A DNA stretch of 64,000 nucleotides from Phoronis australis (taxonomy: Eukaryota > Animalia > Phoronida), in NCBI GenBank assembly GCA_002633005.1, contig NMRA01000036.1:503761-567760 (forward strand), read 5' to 3'. The notes below the pieces were generated by a model, which saw nothing but the letters and a program-made list of their open reading frames with translations, ran no database searches and was not told the DNA's origin. Both the position numbers and the translations under genes were made by a program. Shown here piece by piece: positions 49,201 through 60,972 of the stretch (the first letter of the stretch is position 1; each line of letters opens with the position of its first letter).

Positions 49201-49603
49201 TAGTGGTTCTAGCTGCATCTACTAAGTTTCTTGATGGATGGAATTTGGTGACAAATAGGTGTCAAGAATATGACAGCGGCTGCCTTGTTGAAGATGAATA
49301 TAATGTATGCTGCACAACCTAGTGTTTTTTATTTTATATATTATATGAATACGCCTGGAAGCATACTGTCAGAGGTGCAGTTGTGGACGCATATCAGCGC
49401 TTTGCGTGACTGCTGAATGATGTTGACAAAAAACTACAGTGTGATGTAGACTATGGTTTCATTTTTACTTCTTTTGATTACTGATCTCGATCTCCGAAAC
49501 TTTAGGTTGACCATTCCACCTAAGAGTAAAAATAATCTATATTTCAAAAAAATCTGTGACATGTCATGTTCTGGGATCTGCCTGACTTTCTCATGCAGTG
49601 CTC
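46256..49603. mobile_element. Kolobok-like DNA transposon relic (TTAA flanks, ~60-bp TIRs, GA...TC ends)
   Basis: TTAA|GAGTCAATGCATGAGAAGGTCAGGCA...GAACATGACATGTCAC at left; GTGACATGTCATGTTC...TGCCTGACTTTCTCATGCAGTGCTC|TTAA at right. Broken + strand ORF remnants at 47620-48100. Superfamily inferred from end structure only. Confidence 0.6.
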
Positions 49604-52525
49604 TTAAAAGTGCCACACACCAGAGATATGTTCACTCTCATACATGAGCACTCAATTACGCAAATAGATAAACAGTTTCCTTTAGAACGTAAACCTACAG
49701 TGGGTTTATCACCCCTCTGGGCAATTTTTTCCTGCTGTGAACCGTACTTCACTCTTAAGGTCGTTTTCTCATTACTCTAGAGAGCACCGGAAGAAAACTA
49801 TACCATTAGCTGAAACAAGAGATGACTACAAGTACATGCAGGAATTGTTAATTCACATAATACGCCATCATTCAAAATTGGTTCCTGGTTATACACAGCA
49901 TGACCCTCCCCCCCTCCGTTATCTAGTCCAGTCACGAATAACGTCATCGTAACCGAGCGCTGTCCCGTCATCAGACATCTTTTCAAACCTCCTCCCCTTC
50001 GAGTTCAGTAATGGCGTAATATGTGAGTGGTCCCAATACCTTCCAATTAGGAGTCATCATGGAAAAATTTATGTACTATTTCCTGGTTGCCTTCTTTGAG
50101 AACTTGACTACGAGAACTTGTAAATATGGCTGGGAAGACACAATGACCATTGCTGGCCTCTTTCCTGGTCCAGGCTCCACTGCGGTGAACAGTCAGTTTC
50201 GTGCAAGCCAAAATTCAGTTCCTAACTGTATTGACTTCGTTACCTGGATATTCACGTAAGTTGACTGACCTGACAAGCGTGGTGTCAGTGCTCATTAGAA
50301 GCACTTTATGAGCACACTAGCTCCGGTCACTTCTTGAGAAAGGGCATGATCAAAGAATTGGTTCAGCAACCACTGGTGATTATAGCGATCTTGGGTAATC
50401 GAGTGTTATCGATGGTAATGTGATGCGCACGCATTAGCCTGCCTGAGAATGTTTTTGTCTTAGCACACATTTAGGGATTGAACTCTTTGTGAAAAGTAGA
50501 TACGTGTAGGCGTTTGAATCGTGTATTCTGTCTTGTTGATCGGCGTATGAATATATATAGAAGTGTTAGCCAATACTTTGGAAATGTGACTTTGCCATAA
50601 CTAACACTAAGTTTGCGTATGTGATTTGTATTCAAACACAACTATTAACTCTCTGGTCATTTAGAAAATGCGAATTAATTTGATTCTGTGCTATTTTGAT
50701 GACCGGCAGGAAACTAGAAGTAGGTGTTAGTGGAGAAAGAGCCAAGACGGCGTAGGTTTTGGGATATCATTTTACACACTTGACCAATAGCCTGTTTGTT
50801 ACAAAATAAGAAAGTATTACGCAGTGATTCAGTTGTCGGATTTCACAGCACAACGGGAAAGTCGTTAAGAGGAGTGGGAAATATCGGTCAAATAAATATG
50901 CTCAAAAAATCTTCTCATGTGCGCAGTTCAGCGTTACGAACTAACACATAGGCGTAGCCAAGTTTGAGAGATCGAGGCTACGACACGTACTAGGCTTATG
51001 CATTGTGTTTAGACCATGCTCATTCCATCATGGCATGGGTGAATACCAGTGACCCATGATTACTGCAGCCTTTGTCAGTGATTATTAAGTGTTTATTTTG
51101 TGGATATTGACCACCCCTAAGTTCAGTTGGTTGCAGCTCACATGTGTGTGAATCATTTCTCGTGCAAATGGGCCGAGTTCATACGGCCTAAAAGCCGACG
51201 AAAGTTCGCTGAGTGGGACATTGAATTTATTGTCTAGTTCTTCATGTATTTGAGTGTGATACCCGTATCCTCTCTCCTGTCTGGCTGCACAATAGTTGTC
51301 CAGTTTTCGCTCAAAATCCTCTTTGTCTTTTGATCTGCTGTGTTTCGCCATTGTAAATGATTATCAAGTGACCAAACGGCTTCCACTCATTACGTCATTT
51401 AGCGGGAAACTTGGAAATAACTAATTTTTCTTAGCATTAAAAATTCCGCGACTATTTGGCATAAAAAGTGTTTTAAGTTAGATTTTATGGTATTCTGTTC
51501 ATACTAGCTAACTGAAACCTCAAAAACTAAAAAATTGCATAGTAGGGAATCTTTAAAGGCTATAGCGAGGCATTTTAGAAAGTTCTTCTTTTTCTTTGAA
51601 AATGTTGTTGGCGTGGTACCTCAGAAAGTTCACCCGTTGCACCGACTCGGAGGTGCTAGTTGCATTTGGGGATCTGGACTTCGTTTTCAAAGCCATGGTT
51701 AGATAAGTTGAAGTTACGCACTGAAAAAGTAACTATTAAAGTAAAATTATCTAAATTGAAAATGTCCGTAGTTCATTGGTTACTTTCAGATATGTTGGAA
51801 ATAAAATGTTGTAAAGATATTCATTTGCATGGCTTAACAAAAATCAGCTACCACATAAAATTATAGTCTTAAAGCTGTGTGCATCTTGAGGAAACAGCAA
51901 ACAATTTGGTCACCCTGTAACAAACGCTTGTTTATAGTGGGGTCATTACGTGACATCGTGTTATGTGCCATGGGAGTTTTTACGAAACTATAGAGACTGC
52001 TTGGGCACCCCACTATAATCTTAGAGTGGCCGCAGCCAAGGAATGACCAACAGCAGCTAGATAATATGTATTCAGTTAACAGCTACAACAAAATAACAAC
52101 AAAACAACAACAACAATAACAACAACATGAAGAGAGCATAAGGCACACCCAACCTAACTGAAAGGCCGACCAGATTCTGCAATCAAACGCCCTACACCAA
52201 TAATGGCATAAGGTCGTTAGCAGTTCTTAATGTCACTATCTCGAATCTATGCTTTTTGTGCTGATACATTCACACCGAGATCTGAAAGATTTTGCCTTAG
52301 CCTGAAGTAATAAGAACTCCCAGTTTTCCCCCATAGAATTTGTCTAAGCAATTTATTGTAACCAAAGTCACTTCTGATGTATAACAACAAGGCATTAACG
52401 TCGGTTTGGATGCGTTAAAAGGCCTCTGAAGAAAATAGTGTTCAACATGAGAACATGTGTTACTGCCGTTTTAAGTGACCATCCCATTTGTTCACAAATT
52501 TGTTCATAAACTTCAGGACCAGAGC

Positions 52526-53157
52526 GGCACTATCCTATCTGTTCATTGATAGTGGGATCATTACATGGCACCATCCTATCCGTTCATTAATAGTGGGGTC
52601 GTAACATGTCACCATACTATCATCCTGACTTTACTGGCAGACAATCGAGCATAGCACAATGATGTCTCCTACTCCTCTGAGCTCGACCTCACTGGTGAGT
52701 GTATGTAAAGGATTGAACGACAACCTTGATATAATGCGAAAGCGATTTCTGGGGCATCCTATCCACTGATTAATGGTGAGATCACTACACGGCACCATTC
52801 TATCCGCTTACTAATTGTAGGATCGTTACATAGCACCGTCCTATTTGTCCAGTAGTATTGGGACCATTACCTGGCACCATCCTGTCCGTTTATTAATAGT
52901 GGGATCATTACATAGCACCATCCTATCCGTTCATTAATATTGAGATCGTTACATGGCATTACCCTGTCTGCTAATTAATAGTGGGATCATTGCATAGCAC
53001 CATCCTACCGGGGCATTAATTGTAGGATCGTTACATACCACCACCCTATCCGCTCATTAAAGAAGGAATCATTACCTAGCAACATCCTGTCCGCGCATTA
53101 ATAGTGGTATCATAACATAGCACTATCCTAGTTACTCATTAATGGTAGGACCATTAC
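52526..53157. repeat. 41-bp minisatellite array 1 (CATAGCACCATCCTATCCGCTCATTAATAGTGGGATCATTA consensus)
   Basis: About 12 diverged units, interrupted at ~52623-52750. Confidence 0.85.
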
Positions 53158-54284
53158 TCTTACAGCAAATGAATCACTACAGAATTACTGTAGCTGAATA
53201 CGAATTTTCAATAGACACCTCTCAAACCTTAACCAATATGTTCCCCTGAAATGGATCACATCTACTAGCTAACTAATATCTATCGGAGCTCCCAAAACTA
53301 TTCTTAACCTGCTTCTCTTCTTAATTTGCATCAATTTTCTGCCATATTCGTCTCTCATGGACACACTTTGTTATGCAAACTACACTTGTCATGTCACACC
53401 TTACACTCTCACAGCATTTTCCCAACACACTTTGCAACAATCATTTATAATGAACAACAGCCTTGAATATATTTCAATATTATTTTCCGAAAATAAATTT
53501 TCATTTAATACACCAAATGTAAATTAATGGTCTTTCAGAAGAAAATTTACACACATGTAACTCCCGCCATTTATAAAATTAGCAAAACCATCAGTCAGGT
53601 GGACGATTTCCCTATCCTTGGTACAATGTATTTTCGCTGATAAAACCTCTTATGGTGCCTCGCATTAACTTCCTTTTATTAACAAACTTAACAAACTCGA
53701 TGGACTCATATATAATTTGAAACCCAGTCTTCACGTCCCAACTCCTAAGGTAATATAACTCACTTGGGGTTTTGGCAACACACGGAAACTGCTGAAAGTC
53801 CACCAAGAAAATCTTTCGAAATATTTTAGCACTCGCTCTCTGGCCACACATACACATATGTAATGGACTCCACCTCACTCTACTTTGTCATATCTTTACA
53901 ATTGTGCAACAAATTCCTCAATCATCAGGACTGGGTTGCATAATACTTAAAACTTGATTGATGTGAGACGACAGGTGCATTGTTCAACAATAACAACGTA
54001 GCGCGTGATAATGAGACGTCATTGTTGCTATGCAGCGCATAACTTTTATGCAACTGGGACCTGCAGATACATAAGTATTGTAACACTAACAACTTCTTTA
54101 GGAGACCGATCCAATATAAACCCACCCGACACAGTAGAATTCCCACATACTTGAATCAGTATTTTGCCACTATTCCAACAACACAACCCAAAATTAATTT
54201 TAATTCCCCATCCAACAAACTGTCATCAGGGGTATGTATCATATTTGTAATTCCTTGTGTCAATAACTGCAACGAAATGCCAAT

Positions 54285-54690
54285 CTCTGCTCTATGGTAT
54301 CATTACATAACACCATCGTATCCGCATATTAATACTGGGATCTTTACATAGCACCATCCTATCCGCTCATTAACGGTGGGATTTTAACAGAGCACCATCT
54401 TATCTACTCATTAACGGTGGGATCATTACATAGCACCATCCTATCCGCTCATTAACGGTGGGATTTTAACATAGCACCATCTTATCTGCTCATTAACGAT
54501 GGGATCATTACATAGCACCATCCTATCCGGTTGTTCATTAATAGTGGGACCAATACATAGCATCATCCTGTCCGCTCATTAAGAGTGGGATGAGTACATG
54601 GCGCCATCCTATCCGGTCGTTGGCAAGGGGATCGTTACATAGCATAATCTTTTCCGCTCATTAATAAAGGATCTATTGCATGATACCAAG
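54285..54690. repeat. 41-bp minisatellite array 2 (same unit and orientation)
   Basis: About 10 units; period 41 (54347, 54388, 54429). Confidence 0.85.
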
Positions 54691-54818
54691 TACTTATGCA
54701 TTAAGCTTGGTTACTTTTAACTATGTGTAGCTAAATATCTAAGTCATTTAGCATTCGCACATCGTTCACAGGGGAAGTCGGGTTGTGGAAAATGTGAAGT
54801 AATGAACTTCATCAAACA

Positions 54819-54963
54819 CATGGGCGGCGCACCATAGGAGGCTGCGGGGGGGCTATAGCCCCACGTTTTTCAGTGCTACGCCACACATGGTCTATAGGCG
54901 GTGCACCACAGGGGGGCTAAGGGGGCTTCAGCCCCCCACTTTTTCGGTGCTGCACCGCCCATG
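54819..54963. mobile_element. Dimeric GC-rich palindromic MITE, copy 2
   Basis: CATGGGCGGCGCACCATAGG...GCACCGCCCATG; same structure as 37492. Confidence 0.65.
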
Positions 54964-55428
54964 AAACATCAGGCAAACACCACGTTGATTCACAAATTTG
55001 TTCACAACAACATCTACTACTGTAACATTCGCATTACCATGAACTTAAAACGTTTTAATCAGAAGGTTCGTTTAGAAAGCCTCAAATTTAAAGCGTGTTC
55101 TGTTCACATGACTAATTTGATACCACTAAAACGCTGAGTAGTTGAACAGCAGCTCCGATTGCAGTACATGTTTTCAGCTGCGTACATTTGCATGATGTGG
55201 CATCAGTTGACTTGTGTACATGACCTATTAAAACGTTCCAGTTAAGGTACTCTTCTTTCAGACGACTAATTTAAACCGTTGTAACTTGAAATGTTCTAGC
55301 TAAAACGTTTTAAGAAGCTCGTTTGACTACAGGTAAGTTAGTGTTTTGTTGAAACGAACCGCCATGGTTGCTACCACGACAACGGTCAAATTTTCCAAGT
55401 TCACTACAATCGTTTCTGACATGTTAGC

Positions 55429-55689
55429 CTATTTCGATTTCTTTCTGGTTTCCGGTGGATCCTTAGCCGTGTCCTGTTCGTCAGCTATTCCGAAGAAGGC
55501 ATCACGAAAACGTGCAGAGATGAGGCTGTAGCTGACAGGATAGCTGATGGAAATGATTTTGGCCAGAAGTGGAACCATGGCACACAGCCACTTGGGAATG
55601 GTCGAGGGCTCAATAAAGAAGACGGCCAGGCACACGTAACCAAACAGGGACCACTGAAGAGCAGTCAAAAAGCAAAACCAATTTCCCAT
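55429..55689 (-). CDS. Peropsin-like opsin, last exon (TM6, TM7, helix 8, stop)
   Basis: Acceptor ttttgcAG, phase 0. P..IP.W....PLLAK...YP..Y.....FR.AF; Lys296-equivalent at 55560-55558. Confidence 0.88.
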   Translation of the reverse strand: MGNWFCFLTALQWSLFGYVCLAVFFIEPSTIPKWLCAMVPLLAKIISISYPVSYSLISARFRDAFFGIADEQDTAKDPPETRKKSK

Positions 55690-57394
55690 CTGCAAAAATA
55701 CAAACAAACTAGTTCAGGAAAAAGGCCACGAAATGAGCACGAACAAGCGAGTATGCATAAACTAACAATTTTGTGTAGCCAATTCCGCATCGGCAGGTGT
55801 GGACGGATATATTTGCCACCTATCCCTTGAGCCCCCCCCCCCTCCAAGTGCCCATACGGTCACCATGCGCCACTCGTGACGAGCCCGTTTTCAGAAAACC
55901 CGTCTTGGCAAATGATGTACACAGGTTACGAACAATAGAGTCGCTTCTAATAATGTTTGAAAAACCCAGTTTGTATTAGCAGTTAACTGGAACTAAAAGG
56001 ACGCTATCATTATTTAGGTGATCTGTAGATTATGATGCACATCAACGTACGTACAAATATATTTGTACATGTGTGTTTTTATCGTCATAGTTGCGCATGC
56101 CAACTTCACGTGTTATATTGCATTTGCCATTTCTGATGTGCGTTTACTAACTGTAAATAGTAGCCTGAAGATGGGATATGTGTCTCGATATATCGCTTTT
56201 TAAATTATGTTACCTACAGATGTCGTTTGGATTTTTATTGCACTGTTGTGATGTAAAGACGAGATCTCTATTTAGAGAGTTTGAAAGAACTGAAATTAAA
56301 CAAGTAAAAACAGATCAAAGTCGTGTCTTTAATGAAATATATACGAGAAAGATTACTGCCAAATTGTAGTGTATGTGTACATTACTCAAATCATTCTTAT
56401 TGTACACCTTTTCCTGTACGGTTCTGTGGATGGGAGACCTGGTTTCGCGGCCCCCGACGAGTAAGTAGATTTACAATTTCTCGGCAAAGTCACTTAAATA
56501 TTCAGGTGCACGTTATTTCCCTGCTTCACTAGTCTAGTGTTTTCGTTACTGGAAGTTTATTTAGTTTTTAACTTTCGCAGCCGGCTGGTTTATGCTTGTA
56601 ATGTCTCCAGTCCTATCGCGACGGGTCTGATCGGGTTGCGAGCCACCGGATCACAACGAGTGTTTTGTGTTTAGAACTGAAAAAATTCGCAAGTCCAAAA
56701 TTATAACACACGGCTATGCTCTCCTGTCTGTATTTCACGAAAGAATAATTCTAATTTTTTTCACCGAACAGACTCCAAGCTTCCAGAAATTGACCTCGCA
56801 AAGTGGGCCTACCGATCTGTGTAGATTCAAAATGTCCATAAATCCGTAACAACGAAATAAAAACAACTTATTTGTTTAAGATTCCTATGTATCTGTAAGG
56901 GTTTTGCATCGAATTTTGGGGATTTATTGATGTAAGACGATGAATTCAGACAAGCGATTAGCTGACACCAGTAAGCATCTTGTGAACTGTTGAGCAGACT
57001 GTTAGAACCTGTGACGTCAATTGATTAACTTCAGCATCTCCGTCTGCCTTCTGATGTCAGGTAGAACTCAACTTGCTGTTATCGAGTGGAACTACTCGAT
57101 TTAAATTGATTCAAAATAAGTTGTTTTTGGTAGCATTCTCCTTTAAATTCAGTACACGCCGATGGTACTTTCACTATAGGCAGTCCTCTGTTGTTCAAAA
57201 ACAGACATTAACTACCGTGTTTTCTTGCACTGAGAAATCCCAGACGAGAATGTTCACATTATTAGGGGAAAGTAGGGCTACACCTAATAAAAACTTAGGT
57301 CAATGAAGAAAGTTTTCTCTTGTCAATCAGTGTCAGTGATGCACAAGCTTGCAGACTTCATACGAGCAACAAATTTGATGGAAAAGATTTCTAC

Positions 57395-58232
57395 GGTTAC
57401 ATGTCACTGTTCCGAAGGTTCCCTACTCCGAAGGTCCAATACTCTGAAGGCTCACTGCTCCGAAGGTTCGCTGCCTTCAAGAGTTCTCTACTACGTATGT
57501 CCACAATTCCGAAGCCAGAACTCCGACAGTTCATTACTCTGACTGTCTCATTACTAAAGATTCAGAATAGTTCTTCAAACATTGATTTCATTGTTTTGCA
57601 AATGAGCCCAGTTCCAATCACTGCCAATTGTGATTCCTAAATCTGACTAACGACTCATTCTCAAGCAGGGACAACATCTGGGCCACAGGTGGGGGCTGCG
57701 ACGACTAACGGCGGTTTTAAACTGGAGAAGACTGAATGGGACTATCCGACTTCGTGAAGACTGGCAGGGACAGGGTAGCCTACTAACTACACTTAGTTTC
57801 AACTCGGCCGCCTGCGTGTGGTTCCGGTGGGTGAGGTTGAGACACAGCGGTCCTAAACTTTTCAGTCGCGCGCTGCGAAATGCTGCGATGTTGACATAAA
57901 TTTGATGAATTTATCCTGGTTGATAATTCATCAATATTCTTACTTCATATTCGTTTAAAAGTAAAGTGCGTTGTCATTTTTTCCTTTTCGTAAGACATGC
58001 GGGCAATTTTGCACGCGCATGAAACCAAAACGGTGTTTTAGTGCCCGGGCGTTGTTTTCTGTTGACTATGTACACCAATTAGTGTATCTAATAACCGAAG
58101 CATCGTTTATTTTTGCATGTTAATATATGAAAATTACACCTGAGTCCACAATTTTAGACATTTTCGGAGTAGTGAAACTTTGAAGTAGATTACATTCGGA
58201 ATAGTGAACCATCGGAATGGTGGGATGTTCCC
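57395..58232. mobile_element. MITE with inverted subterminal 15-bp tandem units (TCACT.CTCCGAAGG)
   Basis: Units at 57404-57530; reverse complements (TTCGGA.TAGTGAA) at 58162-58222. Confidence 0.6.
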
Positions 58233-58962
58233 TTTTGCAGCAATATAAACAACATCCGTAACGCGCAAAGGTATAACCTGATGAAAAACTTCGTCAAGTC
58301 ATTCTCCGACTCTGTATTTCCGTCCGAGTATGTAAAGAGGTGTAATCACTCATTTAAGTACGCCTGATTTAAACATTTGGCAGGAGGTAACACGAGACTG
58401 TTCTCTTTTTAGACCACATTACATCCGAATTTGAGTCCCGTTCTCTATAGCGTCGGCGTTTGCAAAATATCAAAGGTCCACCGTTCTAGAAATTGGAACC
58501 ACCCCTTGTGCAATGCTGGCTACGGATCTTGAAGTAACGGAAGTGGATCTGGCAGTATGATAAACAATTCTTCGCTGCAGATGCCAGCTGAGTGAGTCTT
58601 TATCCGAAGGAAGGCGTATCGTGGTCTTCTTCACAGGAGCCTTGACTCTAACAATGTCATTTGTATCATTTTGAGAACACTTGTCCAAGTCACGATCGTC
58701 TGCTGTGATCTTGCGCGCAAGCAGGGATCAACCACTACCGCAATTAATTAGTGACTGTGTGGACTAAAACTAAACAAAGATAAGTTGTGCGAAAGTACAC
58801 GTATTTAACATTATTCAAAGGCATTTGTAGCATTTTGGGCGACTTTAACTATCCGGCAGTCAATACTTACGCGAGCTATGTCATGCTAGTATAGTGCATT
58901 AACGAAGACTGAAAGGGTGGTTTTACTCAGACATACTCAAACACCGCAAACCATTATCCTAC

Positions 58963-59176
58963 CTTAACCATATGCGTCTCGGTAAACCAAACGTCAACTT
59001 CCGTCTGCTTGTTATCGCTCTTGTCAAACTGGGACGACAGAGACTGGAGATAATAGAAGACGGCAAGAGGAATGATGTAACACCAGGAGGCGTAATTGAG
59101 TATGAAGAATGTGTAGTATTCATCCACGGTCTGCCAGCTGATGAGACACGTGGTACCGGCCGGGTCGATGGAGTAG
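58963..59176 (-). CDS. Peropsin-like opsin exon (ECL2, TM5, ICL3)
   Basis: YSIDPAGTTCLISW...CYIIPL...W..E..MVK; phase 2/0. Confidence 0.88.
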
Positions 59177-60872
59177 CTGGAAGTCATGGAATGAAGGAAA
59201 CGTGAATAACACAAACACCTCCATTGCACTGAAGTTTTTCCATTCAGTACAAAACTATAACACGAGTTTCAGTAAACAAAAGTGTGAGAAATTATTCGCA
59301 CGTGTGTCTGAGAAAGGATTAATTTATAGATATTACAAGAATTGGCATAACAGGCTCATAATTTAGATCAATCAAACGATTTTTGAGAGACATTCTAGCC
59401 CCATTTCTGGCCTGCTTAAGCTGAATGAAGCTGAGTGTTGTTGATAGTAAAACACAAGATACACGAGTAACCCGTATGAGGAAGCATTGAGCCTCGTCCA
59501 TGTCAATCAACAGTGGTCTGTTTCATGAAAAATGACTTAAAGGGAAGGCAAGAATATTTGTGCCAATTTGATTAAATTACCATTTCCCGGTTATCTTTCA
59601 TATTTTCGAAGTAATTAAATCTCCCCGTATTCTAACTAATTACGCATGCGTCACTGTGGAAGTAATGTTTGCGACCCGAATCTTTTACCGACGGCTTTCT
59701 TTACATGCATTTCAGATTGTGTTCATTTGCCTTTCCCTAAATCTTATTTGGTGCGCTTGAAAGTTGTTTCAATAAACAAGAGATCTTGTTTCACGATTTC
59801 CAATGGATGACAAGATCCGTCGAAGAAGGCACGGTCTTGCCAAGGATGCAGTGTTGCCCGTTGACGCCATGACTAAAACACTGCAAAAGACAGTGTGAGC
59901 GGCAAACGTTTCTTACCTCGGATTGCAAAAGCGATGTGTATGCAGAGATCATGAAGGTAGCTGATAAACATTTTGTGAAGAAAGATGACTTACAATTTGT
60001 ATTTGCCTTCTCTGCTTAGTTGCCACCTGCTAGAAGATATTTTTTGAAATGCAAAGCGACAAAAGTTGCAGCCATTGTTCTGACTACATGCCACGACGTT
60101 GGTCTTACCCGTGCGCGTGTGTTTAATTCGGTTTTTGTGTCGATCAGTTTTAGTTAATCTTATGTTCTTATGATTTGTATGATACTGTACACTTTTCAGC
60201 ACTTTTTGAAATACCTTTGCAGCACCAATGACATTCTTCGCGGGCTCACATAGCCTGCATGTTGCAGCGTTATTCCCAGGCACCACGTCACTACACTTAC
60301 CGGACACGATTCAGTGATTTGCGGGGGATCATTTTTGCCACAGTATTCGTTCTTAAAAACATATGGCAATTTTCAACCTACTTCACATTCACATCGTCGC
60401 CATATGTTGTGTTTCTAACTATTTAGGCCAAGCACTTAGAGACGAGGAATTTGCTTGCAAGTTCCACTTTGAGTCTTTAATCACTTTCATGCCAAACAAA
60501 CTCTTGTTCTTGATATAACTTAATTCAATTATTTGTCTGTACTGAGAAGTTGCTCGAAACGTTCTTCCTGTGGGAGCACCACGTGCACCAATCCCACTAG
60601 TAGCAGACAGTAAAGTGAGACATGCTGTTTATAATCAACGGACTTAGAAAATGAGTGTGGAGCACAGGCGTGGTCACATTCGATCATTTTGTACCTTTCG
60701 TCACTAAAGGCTGTCAATCGCGAAACGAATATTAACAGTTTTGTAGAAAAATAACACTATATGGCAACCAAGGCGGAAAACAAGTTTGGTTCTGGTTTCG
60801 GGGCTTCAGAAAATTGACTTGGATAACTGATTCCTCTGAGTCCAATTGCAACGGAGAAAAAATGGTACATAC

Positions 60873-60972
60873 CTTCCCCATCCATAAAAAGGCAAAAGCG
60901 ACCAGAACAATGACACCATCCATATAGCGGGAAGGACGAGTGTGCAGTAGTGCCAGGTGGTCAACGATTTAC
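60873..60972 (-). CDS. Peropsin-like opsin exon (TM4: AIWMVSLFWSLLPFYGWG)
   Basis: 100 nt, phase 1/2; in a frame not shown in the ORF track. Confidence 0.88.

Noticed and set aside
51085-51351. 88-aa ORF as a host gene
   Set aside because: No recognisable domain or exon chain; may be a transposon accessory fragment, but this is unsupported.
52526-54690. CRISPR-like array
   Set aside because: Units are contiguous diverged tandem repeats without unique spacers, in eukaryotic DNA with no cas genes.
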